Below, piece by piece: positions 17,794 through 28,297 of a DNA stretch of 64,000 nt. The translations under genes and the position numbers were made by a program. The notes beneath the pieces were generated by a model, which saw only the letters and a program-made list of their open reading frames with translations, was not told where the DNA came from and did not search any database. Source of the DNA: Burkholderiales bacterium (GTDB lineage: Bacteria > Pseudomonadota > Gammaproteobacteria > Burkholderiales > CAIKXV01); assembly GCA_044340265.1 (NCBI GenBank), contig JBIITW010000003.1:169-64168 (forward strand). Direction: 5' to 3'. Position 1 is the first letter of the stretch, and the number at the start of each line of letters is the position of its first letter.

Positions 17794-18456
17794 TCAGGCC
17801 AGCTTGCCCGTCGTGATCCGCTCGGCCTTGCGCGCCGCCCAGTACTCGGGCGAGGACTTGGATTGCGCCAGCGCATCCGCGGTCTCGAAACCGGGCGCCA
17901 TCGAACCATCCGTGCCGGCGAGGTACTGATGATGCTCGATGTTCAGCATGCGCAGCCAGCTCTGCTGGCCGTAGGTCAGCCCGATCGCGCAGCCCAGTTC
18001 GACCAGTTGCGGCTCGTCGAAGTTCGCGTGCATGCGGTCCCAGAAGGCGTCATCGGTATCGAGCCGCCAGACGATCGCCTCGGCGTAGGCCAGCGCCGCC
18101 TTCTGCCGCGCATCGTACTTCGTCGATTTCTCGAAGTTGATCAGGTCGTCGTACTTGGCTTCGGTGAGGCCCTCGGCCGCGCCCTTGATCGAGCGCTGGT
18201 TGCCACAGAACTCGCAGATGACCGACCGCGACACGTAGACCCGGCAGAGCTCCTTGATCGCATGCTCGACCACGCCGTTGCGAAAGATCTTTTCCCACGA
18301 GTCGGCGAAGAACCAGAAGCAGTCTGGCACGTGCGCGCGCACGGCCGAGCTCTCGGGCCTCGGCGTTCCGTCGCGTGCGCAACGCTCGAGTTCCCCGCGC
18401 ATGCGCGGGTCTTCGATCTGGTCGAACGGCACATAACTGATGCGTTGCTTCTTCAT
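17794..18456 (-). CDS. carboxymuconolactone decarboxylase (AhpD-like) family protein
   Basis: ORF 17794..18477, start at MKKQRISYVPF. Contains the ICEFCGNQR CxxC-like motif and the AhpD-like helical pattern. Confidence 0.7.
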   Translation of the reverse strand: MKKQRISYVPFDQIEDPRMRGELERCARDGTPRPESSAVRAHVPDCFWFFADSWEKIFRNGVVEHAIKELCRVYVSRSVICEFCGNQRSIKGAAEGLTEAKYDDLINFEKSTKYDARQKAALAYAEAIVWRLDTDDAFWDRMHANFDEPQLVELGCAIGLTYGQQSWLRMLNIEHHQYLAGTDGSMAPGFETADALAQSKSSPEYWAARKAERITTGKLA

Positions 18457-18534
18457 GTCGGCCTCCCCGGGCAGCAATCGCCGGCGCGTACAATCGCACC
18501 GTGGAAATCCGGAACGTATTCCCGAGTTATCTCA

Positions 18535-19083
18535 ATGTCAAGACATCAGGCTGATGACGCCGTAGGCCGGTTCGTCGCCCAGTGGCGATCGAGCCGTGAC
18601 GACCTCGACCCGGCACCCACCGAGGTGATCGGGCGCATCACCCGGCTCGCGCGCATCTTCCAGCGGCGGGCGGACGGCTGGCTCGCCGAGTTCGACCTGA
18701 CCTGGGAGACCTTCGCGGTGCTCGGCGCACTGCTGCGCCAGGGACCTCCCTACCGGCTGACGCCAACGGCGCTCTACCGGCAGGCCCTGCTGACCTCGGG
18801 CGCGATCACCAACCGCATCGCGCGCGCCGAGGCGATGGGCTGGGTCACCCGCGAACCCGATCCGCTCGATGCGCGATCGAGCGCGGTCCGCCTCACGCCA
18901 CAGGGACTGAAGCTCGCCAACAAGGTGATCGAACGACATTTCGCCGAGCAGGCGCGGCTGCTGGACGTGTTGAGCGAGGCCGAGCGCAGCACGCTCGCAC
19001 GCCTGCTGTCGCAGCTCGCGGCAGGGCATGAGCGGGAACCGGAAACCGCTGCCGCGAGCATCCGGAAAGGAAGACGCCGATGA
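18535..19083 (+). CDS. MarR family transcriptional regulator
   Basis: Last 182 aa of read-through ORF 16669..19083: LTWETFAVLGALLRQGPPYRLTPTALYRQALLTSGAITNRIARAEAMGWVTREPDPLDARSSAVRLTPQG, a winged HTH. Confidence 0.85.
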   Translation: MSRHQADDAVGRFVAQWRSSRDDLDPAPTEVIGRITRLARIFQRRADGWLAEFDLTWETFAVLGALLRQGPPYRLTPTALYRQALLTSGAITNRIARAEAMGWVTREPDPLDARSSAVRLTPQGLKLANKVIERHFAEQARLLDVLSEAERSTLARLLSQLAAGHEREPETAAASIRKGRRR

Positions 19084-19850
19084 ACACCGTACGCCCGCTG
19101 CTGCGCCTCTTCTGGCTGCTGGTCGCCGCCTGCGTAGTGGCACCCTCTGCGCTCGCCCAGCAGCAACCGGTCGGGCGTGTCGAACAGGCGGCAGGACTCT
19201 CCTGGGCGATTCCGCCGGGCGCGGCGGAGCGCTCGCTCGCCCGCGGCGACTCGATCTTCGAAGGCGAATCGATCGTCACCGCCAGCGACGGCGAACTGCT
19301 GATCCGCATGGTCGACGATGCGGTGATCGCGGTTCGTGCGAACACGCGGTTCACGGTCAGCCGCTACCAGTTCGCGGGACGCGAGCGCGTGAAGGAATCA
19401 TCGAGCCTGCTGTCGATCACCCGCGGCGCACTGCGCACGGTGACCGGCCTGATCGGACGCCAGAACCCGCGGGGTTTCCAGGTCGGCACCTCGACTGCGA
19501 CCATCGGCGTGCGCGGCACCGACTTCGAGACCGTGGTGCTCGAGGAAGACACGCCGGAAGCCGCCGCCGGCACCTACCAGCAGGTCACCTCGGGCGCCAC
19601 CGTGGTCACCGACCTGAAGAGCGGCCAGACCCTCGAAGTCAGCGCCGGACAGGTCGCCTTTGCTGCGCTGAACATCGCGGCCACCGCGCAGGGGCTGGGA
19701 CTGCTGAAGAACGTCCCCGCCGTGTTCCGCCCCGGACGCTACGACAACCTGCTGCAGGCTGCAGCCGACCTGCTGCAGCAGCAGTTGCTGAAGCAGGTGC
19801 CGGGAAACCTCAGGCAATTCGTGCCCAACCTGCCGGGGTTGTTCCGCTAG
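19080..19850 (+). CDS. FecR-domain secreted protein
   Basis: ORF 19080..19850. Signal peptide MNTVRPLLRLFWLLVAACVVAPSALA, then the FecR-like LARGDSIFEGESIVTASDGELLIRMVDDAVIAVRANTRF. Its ATG overlaps the MarR stop (ATGA). Confidence 0.75.
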   Translation: MNTVRPLLRLFWLLVAACVVAPSALAQQQPVGRVEQAAGLSWAIPPGAAERSLARGDSIFEGESIVTASDGELLIRMVDDAVIAVRANTRFTVSRYQFAGRERVKESSSLLSITRGALRTVTGLIGRQNPRGFQVGTSTATIGVRGTDFETVVLEEDTPEAAAGTYQQVTSGATVVTDLKSGQTLEVSAGQVAFAALNIAATAQGLGLLKNVPAVFRPGRYDNLLQAAADLLQQQLLKQVPGNLRQFVPNLPGLFR

Positions 19851-19856
19851 CGGCGC

Positions 19857-20618
19857 TCAGCCACCGTCGACAACGAGTTCCCGGCGCACGCCGCGCACGT
19901 CCATCTCGTATTCGAGGTCGACCACCGGCGGGCGTACCCAGTGCCAGGTCAGGCCGGCACGCATCGCACCGCGCCGCGCGAGTTCCGCCGCCAGGAACGG
20001 GTGCGGATCGTGGATCGTGTAGAGCTGGGCGCCGGTGGTGTCCGGCCAGGCGAAGCCGAGCGACGCCATCCGGCGCTCCATCTCGCCGAGCACCCAGCGC
20101 GCCTTCTCGAGGATGGCGTCGGGCGAGGTCTCGCCGCGGCGGACGATATGGCTCTCGTAGTGGCCCTTGCCTTCCGGGGCCTCGGCGCTGCCGGCCACGA
20201 CGAAGGTCGGCGGCGCATCGGCCGAAGGGACCGTGTACGAGAAGGCAAACAGGCTCGGCACCGCCGGCTTGTCGAGCTCGGGACAGACGTTGCTGCGTGC
20301 GACCGGGTTCACCCCATCGCGGATCAGGCCCCAGCGTTCGAGCGTCCCGACGTAATCGCGGTTGAACGAGACGAACCCCTCTTCGGTGAACGGCGCGGGC
20401 GAGCGCAGCTCGCACTGGCAGAAGGCGAGCGGCGAACGGCCGACCGAGGCGAGGTGGCGCTCGATGGCCGCGAAACCTTCGGCCAGCGGCATCGGCCGCA
20501 GGAAACGGGCGCGCACGATCTCGAAGCCGGGCTCGGCGGCGACACCCGCCGAATACTGGAACGGGCCGGGGACGAAGCGATAACCCCCGGGTGTGAAACG
20601 CGGCAACGACTCGGACAC
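19857..20618 (-). CDS. conserved hypothetical protein
   Basis: ORF 19857..20720. Start chosen at the GTG at 20618, preceded by GGGAGA with a 6-nt spacer. No family is confidently recognised. Confidence 0.6.
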   Translation of the reverse strand: MSESLPRFTPGGYRFVPGPFQYSAGVAAEPGFEIVRARFLRPMPLAEGFAAIERHLASVGRSPLAFCQCELRSPAPFTEEGFVSFNRDYVGTLERWGLIRDGVNPVARSNVCPELDKPAVPSLFAFSYTVPSADAPPTFVVAGSAEAPEGKGHYESHIVRRGETSPDAILEKARWVLGEMERRMASLGFAWPDTTGAQLYTIHDPHPFLAAELARRGAMRAGLTWHWVRPPVVDLEYEMDVRGVRRELVVDGG

Positions 20619-20780
20619 GTATGGTCTCCCTGCAGGATGGATCACGCATGGTAGCCGCTGCCGATCGCGGCCGCATGTCAGCGAGCGACCAGGCGCGAGG
20701 CCGACGGCGAGGTTGAACAATCCAGGGACGCCATGTTTGCGTGTCGTGACTGCGACAATTTCTCAACGGAGGAGATTCCA

Positions 20781-21398
20781 GTGGACCGTCCGCACATTTC
20801 CGGAATTCGCATCGCCCTCGCCAGCGCCGCCCTCGTCTGTTCCACGGCCGTCGCTCCTGCACTGGCGGATCCCTATCGGTTCTCCGCCAGTGGCGTATTC
20901 GATGCGCTGGCACCGCTTTCCGGCTTCTCCGCGCCGAGCGCGACCTGGTCGGTCTCCTTCCTGTTCAACGCCAATCCGCCCCTGTTCCCGGACCCGGGCT
21001 TCTCGTTCGCAGCCAATTTCTCGAACGCCGACATCCGCGTCAATGGTGCGCCCATCCTCCTCGTGCCCACCCTGTTCGGCGTCTACAACGCAGGGAACAG
21101 CGGCGGGATGGACATGTTCTTCGGGGACACCGCGAACGGCTCGAATGCGATCGAGTTCTTCGGTCCGCAGGTCTACACCGGAAGCGAACAGGCGCCGACG
21201 ATCGTGCCCGGCGTGTACATGACTTCCGCCACAGGCCCCTCGATCACCGGGTTCAGCGTGGTGATCGATGGCACGCGCACGAACCAGGGGGCGGCGGAGT
21301 TCACCATCACCGCCATCCCGTTGCCGCCGACCCTGCTGCTCGGAATGGCCGGCTTCGCACTGCCGGCCGGGGCGGGGCTGCGACGGCGCGCGGGCTGA
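20781..21398 (+). CDS. PEP-CTERM-like sorting-domain secreted protein (variant IPLPP motif)
   Basis: ORF 20733..21398. A GTG at 20781 follows GGAGGAG. Signal-like IRIALASAALVCSTAVAPALA; C-terminus IPLPPTLLLGMAGFALPAGAGLRRRAG. Confidence 0.8.
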   Translation: MDRPHISGIRIALASAALVCSTAVAPALADPYRFSASGVFDALAPLSGFSAPSATWSVSFLFNANPPLFPDPGFSFAANFSNADIRVNGAPILLVPTLFGVYNAGNSGGMDMFFGDTANGSNAIEFFGPQVYTGSEQAPTIVPGVYMTSATGPSITGFSVVIDGTRTNQGAAEFTITAIPLPPTLLLGMAGFALPAGAGLRRRAG

Positions 21399-21415
21399 CA
21401 AGCCAGGCACATCGA

Positions 21416-21449
21416 CCGTCGCGGGCAAACGCCAGCCGTCCCGCGACGG
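21416..21449. terminator. 10-bp GC hairpin between convergent genes (possible terminator)
   Basis: CCGTCGCGGG-N14-CCCGCGACGG between the stops at 21398 (+) and 21460 (-). No T-tract. Confidence 0.3.
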
Positions 21450-21459
21450 CGCGCGACGG

Positions 21460-22359
21460 TCAGGCTTCCCGGCGCCGTATCGTGAACAACAGGTAGCGCT
21501 TCTCGCGCCGGAACACTTCCGGATCGAGCGTATCGAGCCGCACGCCGTCGAGCTTCGCCTTCAGCGTGTCCCCGAACAGGTAGCCGAGCAGCCGCTTCTT
21601 CAGGAACAGCTTGTCGGCGCCGAAGCGCACCATCGGCAGCGCGAAGCGGGTCGCCAGCATGCGCCCGTAGGCCAGGCTGGGCACCACGTTTTCGGTGACG
21701 TCCACCCGTTCGGTGATTTCCAGCCCGTGCCGCGCGAGGGCCGCTTCGAAATCGGACAACACGTGCCCTGACCTGTTCTTCGCACCCGGCTGCAGGCGGT
21801 AGTAGTCGATGATGATCCAGCGTCCACCTGGCGCGAGCAGTGCGGCGATCTTCGCCAGTCCCTGGTCGAGGTCGATGTACTGGAACGATTCGGCGTTGAT
21901 CACCGCGTCGAACTTCGGATCGACCGCCGCGGCATCGACCTGCTCGAACGGGCTTTCGATCAGCGGGATGTGCGGCCAGCCGGCGCGGATATGCTGCGCA
22001 TGGGCCCGGTTCGGCGTGACCCCGGTCGGTTTCGCGCCGGCCCGGTCGAGGCGGTTGAGCAGCCCGCCCATGCCGCAACCGACATCGAGCACGCGTTCGC
22101 CGGGCCTGACCCGGTCGACCAGCAGCGACGCATAGTCGTCCATCGCACGGCTGACGTCGGCCAGGCTGATCTCTTCTGCCGACGCGGGAATCTCGCGGAA
22201 GTAGCCGTAGTGCAGGAAGTTGTTGCCGAAGATCGCGCCGTACAGTTCCAGCTCGAGGTCTTCCGCCGGATCCCAGACGGAACGATCGGCGCGGTGCTCG
22301 CGCATGTAGCGCAGCAGGGCCGGCAGGTTGAGCAGCCGGCCCGCGATGCGCCCGATCAT
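21460..22359 (-). CDS. class I SAM-dependent methyltransferase
   Basis: ORF 21460..22359. SAM motif I is VLDVGCGMGGL; the post-I acidic residue and motif II are present. Its start overlaps the upstream stop (TGATG). Confidence 0.85.
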   Translation of the reverse strand: MIGRIAGRLLNLPALLRYMREHRADRSVWDPAEDLELELYGAIFGNNFLHYGYFREIPASAEEISLADVSRAMDDYASLLVDRVRPGERVLDVGCGMGGLLNRLDRAGAKPTGVTPNRAHAQHIRAGWPHIPLIESPFEQVDAAAVDPKFDAVINAESFQYIDLDQGLAKIAALLAPGGRWIIIDYYRLQPGAKNRSGHVLSDFEAALARHGLEITERVDVTENVVPSLAYGRMLATRFALPMVRFGADKLFLKKRLLGYLFGDTLKAKLDGVRLDTLDPEVFRREKRYLLFTIRRREA

Positions 22360-24518
22360 CAGACCAGGGCTTTCGCGATCTGGTCCTTCGTCAACGGCAG
22401 GTCGCGCACGCGGACACCGATCGCATGCGCCAGCGCGTTGGCGATAGCCGCGCCCGTCGGGCCCTGCGCGGCTTCGCCGGCACCGAGCGACTTCTGGTCG
22501 GGCCGGTCGATCAGCACCACGTCGACTTCAGGCACTTCGTCGAAGCGCAGGATCGGGTAGTCGTCCCAGGTCATGCAGCGAACACCGGACGGATCGAACG
22601 GCACCGCCTCCTTCAGCGTCCACGACACCGCCTGGATCACGCCGCCTTCGGTCTGGTTGATGATGCCGTCCGGGTTGATCGCCAGTCCGGCCTCGACCGC
22701 AGCCACGCAGCGGGTGACGCGCAGTTCTTCCTCGATCGACACCTCGGCCACCACCGCACAGTACGACTGCTTGTTCTTGTACTGGGCGAATGCGATGCCC
22801 ATGCCGGTGCTGCCGTCGGAGGCCTTGCGCGACTTCCATCCGGCACGGTCGGCCGCGGCCTCGATCACGGCGCGCGCGCGCGGGTCCTTCATGTGGCGCA
22901 GCCGGTACTCGACCGGATCGACGCCCGCCGCCTCGGCGAGTTCATCCATGAATGTCTCGATGGCGAACACGTTGGCGAAGGCGCCGAGCGAGCGCAGCGC
23001 GGACACCCGCACCGGCATCTCGGTGATGAAGTGGTGGATCACCTTCGAATTGGGCAGGTCGTACAGCGGCACCGCGTTGCGGTCGCTGCCACCACCACCG
23101 GCCAGCGGGATCATCCGCGGCGGCGGCTTGGGCAGCGGGTCGGCCAGGTGCCAGCCGGCCATCAGCCAGGTGCCTTCCGGCTGCCGGCCCGGCCGCGTGC
23201 TCTGCGTGTTGCTCCACAGTTCATGCGTCCAGTCGACGATGTTGCCGGCGGCATCGAGCGAGGCGCTGACCTCGACGCTCATCGCCGGACCGAAGGGCTC
23301 CCACTGGAACTCGTCCTCGCGCGACCACTGCAGCTTGACCGGACGGCCGGGTACCGCGCGCGCGACCAGCGCCGCGTCGAGCGCCGCGTCGTCGGCGCCG
23401 TTGTGGCCGTAGCAGCCCGCACCTTCGGCATGGTGCACGGTGATCTCCGCCTCGGGCATGCGCAGCGACTTGGACAGGTCGACGCGCAGCGGGAAGATGC
23501 CCTGGCTGTGCGTCCAGATCTCGGGCTTGCCGTCGTTCCAGACCGCCACCGCGCAGGACGGTCCGATCGATGCATGCGCAATGTACGGCTTGGTGAACGA
23601 CGACTTCATCGTCTTCGCGGCCTTCGCCTTCGCCGCGTCGTCGGTCTTCTCGTGCACGACGTGCACGGTCTTGGGCAGCGTCTTCAGGTGGTCGTACACG
23701 GCGCCCTGCGTCGGCAGGTTCGTGCGGTCGTCCCACTTCGCGCGGTTGCGCAGTGCCCGCGCGGCGCGGATCGCCTGCTCTTCCTTGACGCAGATCACCG
23801 CCAGGAAGCTGCCATCGCGCACCACCTCGACCAGCCCGGGCATCGCGCGCAGGCCGGCCTCGTCGTCGATCGACAGCAGGCGTGCGTCATAGCTCGGCGG
23901 GCGCACCACGCGACCATGCAGCATGCCGGGCAGCACCATGTCGTGCACGTAGCTCGGCTTGCCGGTGACCTTGGCCGGGATGTCCAGCCGCGGCACGTCG
24001 GTGCCGATCAGCCGGAAGTCTTCGACCGCCTTGGGCGGGAACTCGGCCGTGGCCGAACGGTTGAACATGCCCGGCTCGAGCAGTTCCCAGTAGGTGATGC
24101 TGCTGCCGTCGCTGGCCGCGCTGATCACGCCGTCGTCGACGGTCAGGCGCTCTGCACTCACGCCGAGCTTCTGCGCCGCCTTCTGCAGCAGCGTGCCGCG
24201 GATCTCGGCGCAGACATAGCGGATCGCGATGCCGCTGTGCTCGATCGACAGGCTGCTCGAGGTCATCTCCTCGTTCGGCGAGGTGTCGGTGCCGGCCGGG
24301 CGCATCACGATGCGCGACAGCGACACATCGAGCTCGTCGGCGGCGATCTGCGCCAGCGCGGTGGAGATGCCCTGGCCGATGTCGACCTTGCCAGGCGACA
24401 CGGTGACGGAATGCGACGCCGGGCCGGTGTTGCCGGGGACCAGCCGCACCCACTTGTCGAGGACGGGATTGACCGAGAGGCTGCCGGGCAGCGGGGAGGA
24501 ATCGTTGGTACGCGACAT
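22359..24518 (-). CDS. molybdopterin-dependent hydroxylase large subunit (IorB / aldehyde-oxidase family)
   Basis: ORF 22359..24593, start at MSRTNDSSPL (24518; GAGG RBS). Aldehyde oxidase/xanthine dehydrogenase a/b hammerhead and Mo-binding domain pattern, paired with the upstream 2Fe-2S subunit. Confidence 0.85.
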   Translation of the reverse strand: MSRTNDSSPLPGSLSVNPVLDKWVRLVPGNTGPASHSVTVSPGKVDIGQGISTALAQIAADELDVSLSRIVMRPAGTDTSPNEEMTSSSLSIEHSGIAIRYVCAEIRGTLLQKAAQKLGVSAERLTVDDGVISAASDGSSITYWELLEPGMFNRSATAEFPPKAVEDFRLIGTDVPRLDIPAKVTGKPSYVHDMVLPGMLHGRVVRPPSYDARLLSIDDEAGLRAMPGLVEVVRDGSFLAVICVKEEQAIRAARALRNRAKWDDRTNLPTQGAVYDHLKTLPKTVHVVHEKTDDAAKAKAAKTMKSSFTKPYIAHASIGPSCAVAVWNDGKPEIWTHSQGIFPLRVDLSKSLRMPEAEITVHHAEGAGCYGHNGADDAALDAALVARAVPGRPVKLQWSREDEFQWEPFGPAMSVEVSASLDAAGNIVDWTHELWSNTQSTRPGRQPEGTWLMAGWHLADPLPKPPPRMIPLAGGGGSDRNAVPLYDLPNSKVIHHFITEMPVRVSALRSLGAFANVFAIETFMDELAEAAGVDPVEYRLRHMKDPRARAVIEAAADRAGWKSRKASDGSTGMGIAFAQYKNKQSYCAVVAEVSIEEELRVTRCVAAVEAGLAINPDGIINQTEGGVIQAVSWTLKEAVPFDPSGVRCMTWDDYPILRFDEVPEVDVVLIDRPDQKSLGAGEAAQGPTGAAIANALAHAIGVRVRDLPLTKDQIAKALV

Positions 24519-24540
24519 CGTTCGTGACCTCGTGTGGGGT

Positions 24541-25014
24541 TCAGGCAGCCATCGCCGCGGCGGCGCGCTCGACGGCGCGGATGATCCGCGCATGGGTACC
24601 GCAGCGGCACAGGTTGTCGCGCAGGGCTGCGGTGATCTCGGCCCGGGTCGGCTTCGGATTGCTGTCGAGCAGCGCCTTCGCGCTCATCACGATGCCGGTC
24701 ACGCAATAGCCGCACTGTGCGGCCTGCTCATCGATGAAGGCCTGCTGCAGCGGATGCGGTGCCTCGACCGTGCCCAGCCCTTCGATCGTGGTGATCGACC
24801 TGCCCGCGAAGTCGGACACCGGCACGTTGCACGACTGCACCGGCTTGCCGTCGACCAGCACCGTGCAGGCGCCGCACTGGCCCTGTCCGCAGCCGTAGCG
24901 CGCGCCCTTGAGCGACAGGTCGTTGCGCAGGATGTAGAGCAGCGGGGTTTCCGGGTCGCACTGTACCGTGTGCGCGCCGCCGTTGACGGTGAGCGTCAGC
25001 GTCTTGTCGGTCAT
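24541..25014 (-). CDS. (2Fe-2S)-binding small subunit of the molybdo-hydroxylase (IorA-like)
   Basis: ORF 24541..25014. Cys clusters GCGQGQCGACTV and QCGYCVTG...CRCGTH. Confidence 0.9.
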   Translation of the reverse strand: MTDKTLTLTVNGGAHTVQCDPETPLLYILRNDLSLKGARYGCGQGQCGACTVLVDGKPVQSCNVPVSDFAGRSITTIEGLGTVEAPHPLQQAFIDEQAAQCGYCVTGIVMSAKALLDSNPKPTRAEITAALRDNLCRCGTHARIIRAVERAAAAMAA

Positions 25015-25071
25015 GTCGATTCCATCCGTAGGTGATGCGGTCGTGGAGCGGTGGAGCAGGAGCCGGAGCGC

Positions 25072-26076
25072 CTAGGCGCGGCCGGCCAGTTGCAGCAATT
25101 GTCGGTAAAGCGGGTCGGGTATGTCGACCCCCTCGACAGCCGCGCGCGCGCGCGCGGCGTGCCGGCGGTCTCCGGGCAGGCGCACGCCGGGGTCGGCCAG
25201 CATCGCGGCGATCAGCGCCTCGACCCGCTCGAAGTACACCGCGCTGCCGGCGGTGGAGCCCGGGTCGATGGCGATCAGCGTATGCCCGATGCGCGGCTTG
25301 TTGCCGGGCTCGAAGTAGGAGTCGTTCTCGAACGCGAGTGCCGCGCCGGTCAGCCCGCAGCACAGCAGCTCGACCATCATCGCCAGCATCGCGCCCTTGG
25401 CGCCGCCGATCGCGAACAGGCTGCCGGTGAGTGCCGCCTTCGCATCGGTGGTCGGGTTGCCATCCTTGTCCACCGCCCAGCCTTCCGGGATCGGACGGCC
25501 TTCCTTTGCCGCGATCATGATCTTGCCGCGGGTCACCTCGGTCAGCGACAGGTCGATCAGCACCGGCGGCTTCGATGCGCGCGGGAACGCGGCGGCGATC
25601 GGATTGGTGCCGAACACCGGCCGGCGACCGCCCCAGGCATTGATCGCGCCCGGCGAGTTGGTCAGCGCGAGACCGATCATGCCGGCCGCGGCGATCGGCT
25701 CCAGGTGGTAGACCGCTGCGCCGTAATGATGGCTGTTGGTGAGAGCGACCAGCGAGATGCCATGGGTCCGCGCCCTGGAGATCGCCTCGGCGACCGCCAG
25801 CTCGCAGGCCTGGTAGGCGAGCCCGCCGCGCACGTCGATCAGGCAGCTGCCGCCCCGTTCATGGACGACGGCCGGCAGGGCGCTGCCGTCCACGCGCGCG
25901 GTCGACAGGTGGTCCACGTACAACGGAATGCGCGACACGCCATGGGTGGCGAGGTCGTCGCGATCGGCGGCGACCAGTGCGCGGGCGGTCGCGGCGGCCT
26001 GTGCCGGCGCTGCGCCGGCCCCGGCCAGCGTGGCGGCGGCGAGTTCGGTCAGTTGATCAAGGGCGATACGGGGCAT
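25072..26076 (-). CDS. Ldh family oxidoreductase (type-2 malate/L-lactate/sulfolactate dehydrogenase)
   Basis: ORF 25072..26199, start at MPRIALDQL: THGVSRIPLYV...NSHHYGAA...FGTNPIAAAFP...GGAKG, the Ldh_2 signature. Confidence 0.85.
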   Translation of the reverse strand: MPRIALDQLTELAAATLAGAGAAPAQAAATARALVAADRDDLATHGVSRIPLYVDHLSTARVDGSALPAVVHERGGSCLIDVRGGLAYQACELAVAEAISRARTHGISLVALTNSHHYGAAVYHLEPIAAAGMIGLALTNSPGAINAWGGRRPVFGTNPIAAAFPRASKPPVLIDLSLTEVTRGKIMIAAKEGRPIPEGWAVDKDGNPTTDAKAALTGSLFAIGGAKGAMLAMMVELLCCGLTGAALAFENDSYFEPGNKPRIGHTLIAIDPGSTAGSAVYFERVEALIAAMLADPGVRLPGDRRHAARARAAVEGVDIPDPLYRQLLQLAGRA

Positions 26077-26303
26077 CGGCGGTCCATGTGCGAATGGCGC
26101 CGGGAAGGCGGCGCGCAAAACGGCAAGTGTAATGGCTGGAAGGGGGAATTGCAGTGTGCCCGTGCTAGACTCGCGGGTTTTTGCCGGTGCAACCAGCACC
26201 GCTGCCGTGCGGGGCTGCGTGTATCAGGCCTCCTCGCACGACGCTTCCGACGCCGCCACGAGCGGTGCGGACCTCCTCGCTCACCGAACGGACGCCACCC
26301 CTC

Positions 26304-28136
<1,833 letters not shown>

Positions 28137-28252
28137 TTGCGACTGCGGAAATGTTGAATTACGGACATCCGTTCCTCATCGGAAGTCCGACCGCAGACTG
28201 CTTGTAGGTCACTCTCTGGACCGGCGGGAACCAACCTGCGGCAGCCGGGGTC

Positions 28253-28280
28253 TATCGAGGCAGAGGCATCTGCCTCGATA
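28253..28280 (+). other. perfect 12-bp stem / 4-nt loop hairpin
   Basis: TATCGAGGCAGA-GGCA-TCTGCCTCGATA. It lies 117 nt after the typA stop and 17 nt before the ATG of the next gene (28298). No U-tract. Confidence 0.5.
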
Positions 28281-28297
28281 CGTGGAGGAGCCACGCC

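Noticed and set aside
16669-19083. An 804-aa plus-strand ORF spanning three minus-strand genes
   Set aside because: Only the last 182 aa (MarR, from 18535) look like protein. The rest is antisense read-through of the reductase and CMD genes.
19080-19850. FecR-domain gene as part of a FecI/FecR/FecA iron-signalling system
   Set aside because: There is no ECF sigma factor and no TonB-dependent receptor in the vicinity. The protein has a signal peptide instead of an anti-sigma N-terminal domain.
22425-24527. A 700-aa plus-strand ORF; similar long ORFs at 11030-12634 (-), 47235-49442 (-), 58318-59550 (-) and 39840-41423 (+)
   Set aside because: All are antisense to confidently assigned genes (IorB, oxidoreductase/amidohydrolase, lipoprotein hydrolase, MshQ, protease) and show antisense-type composition.
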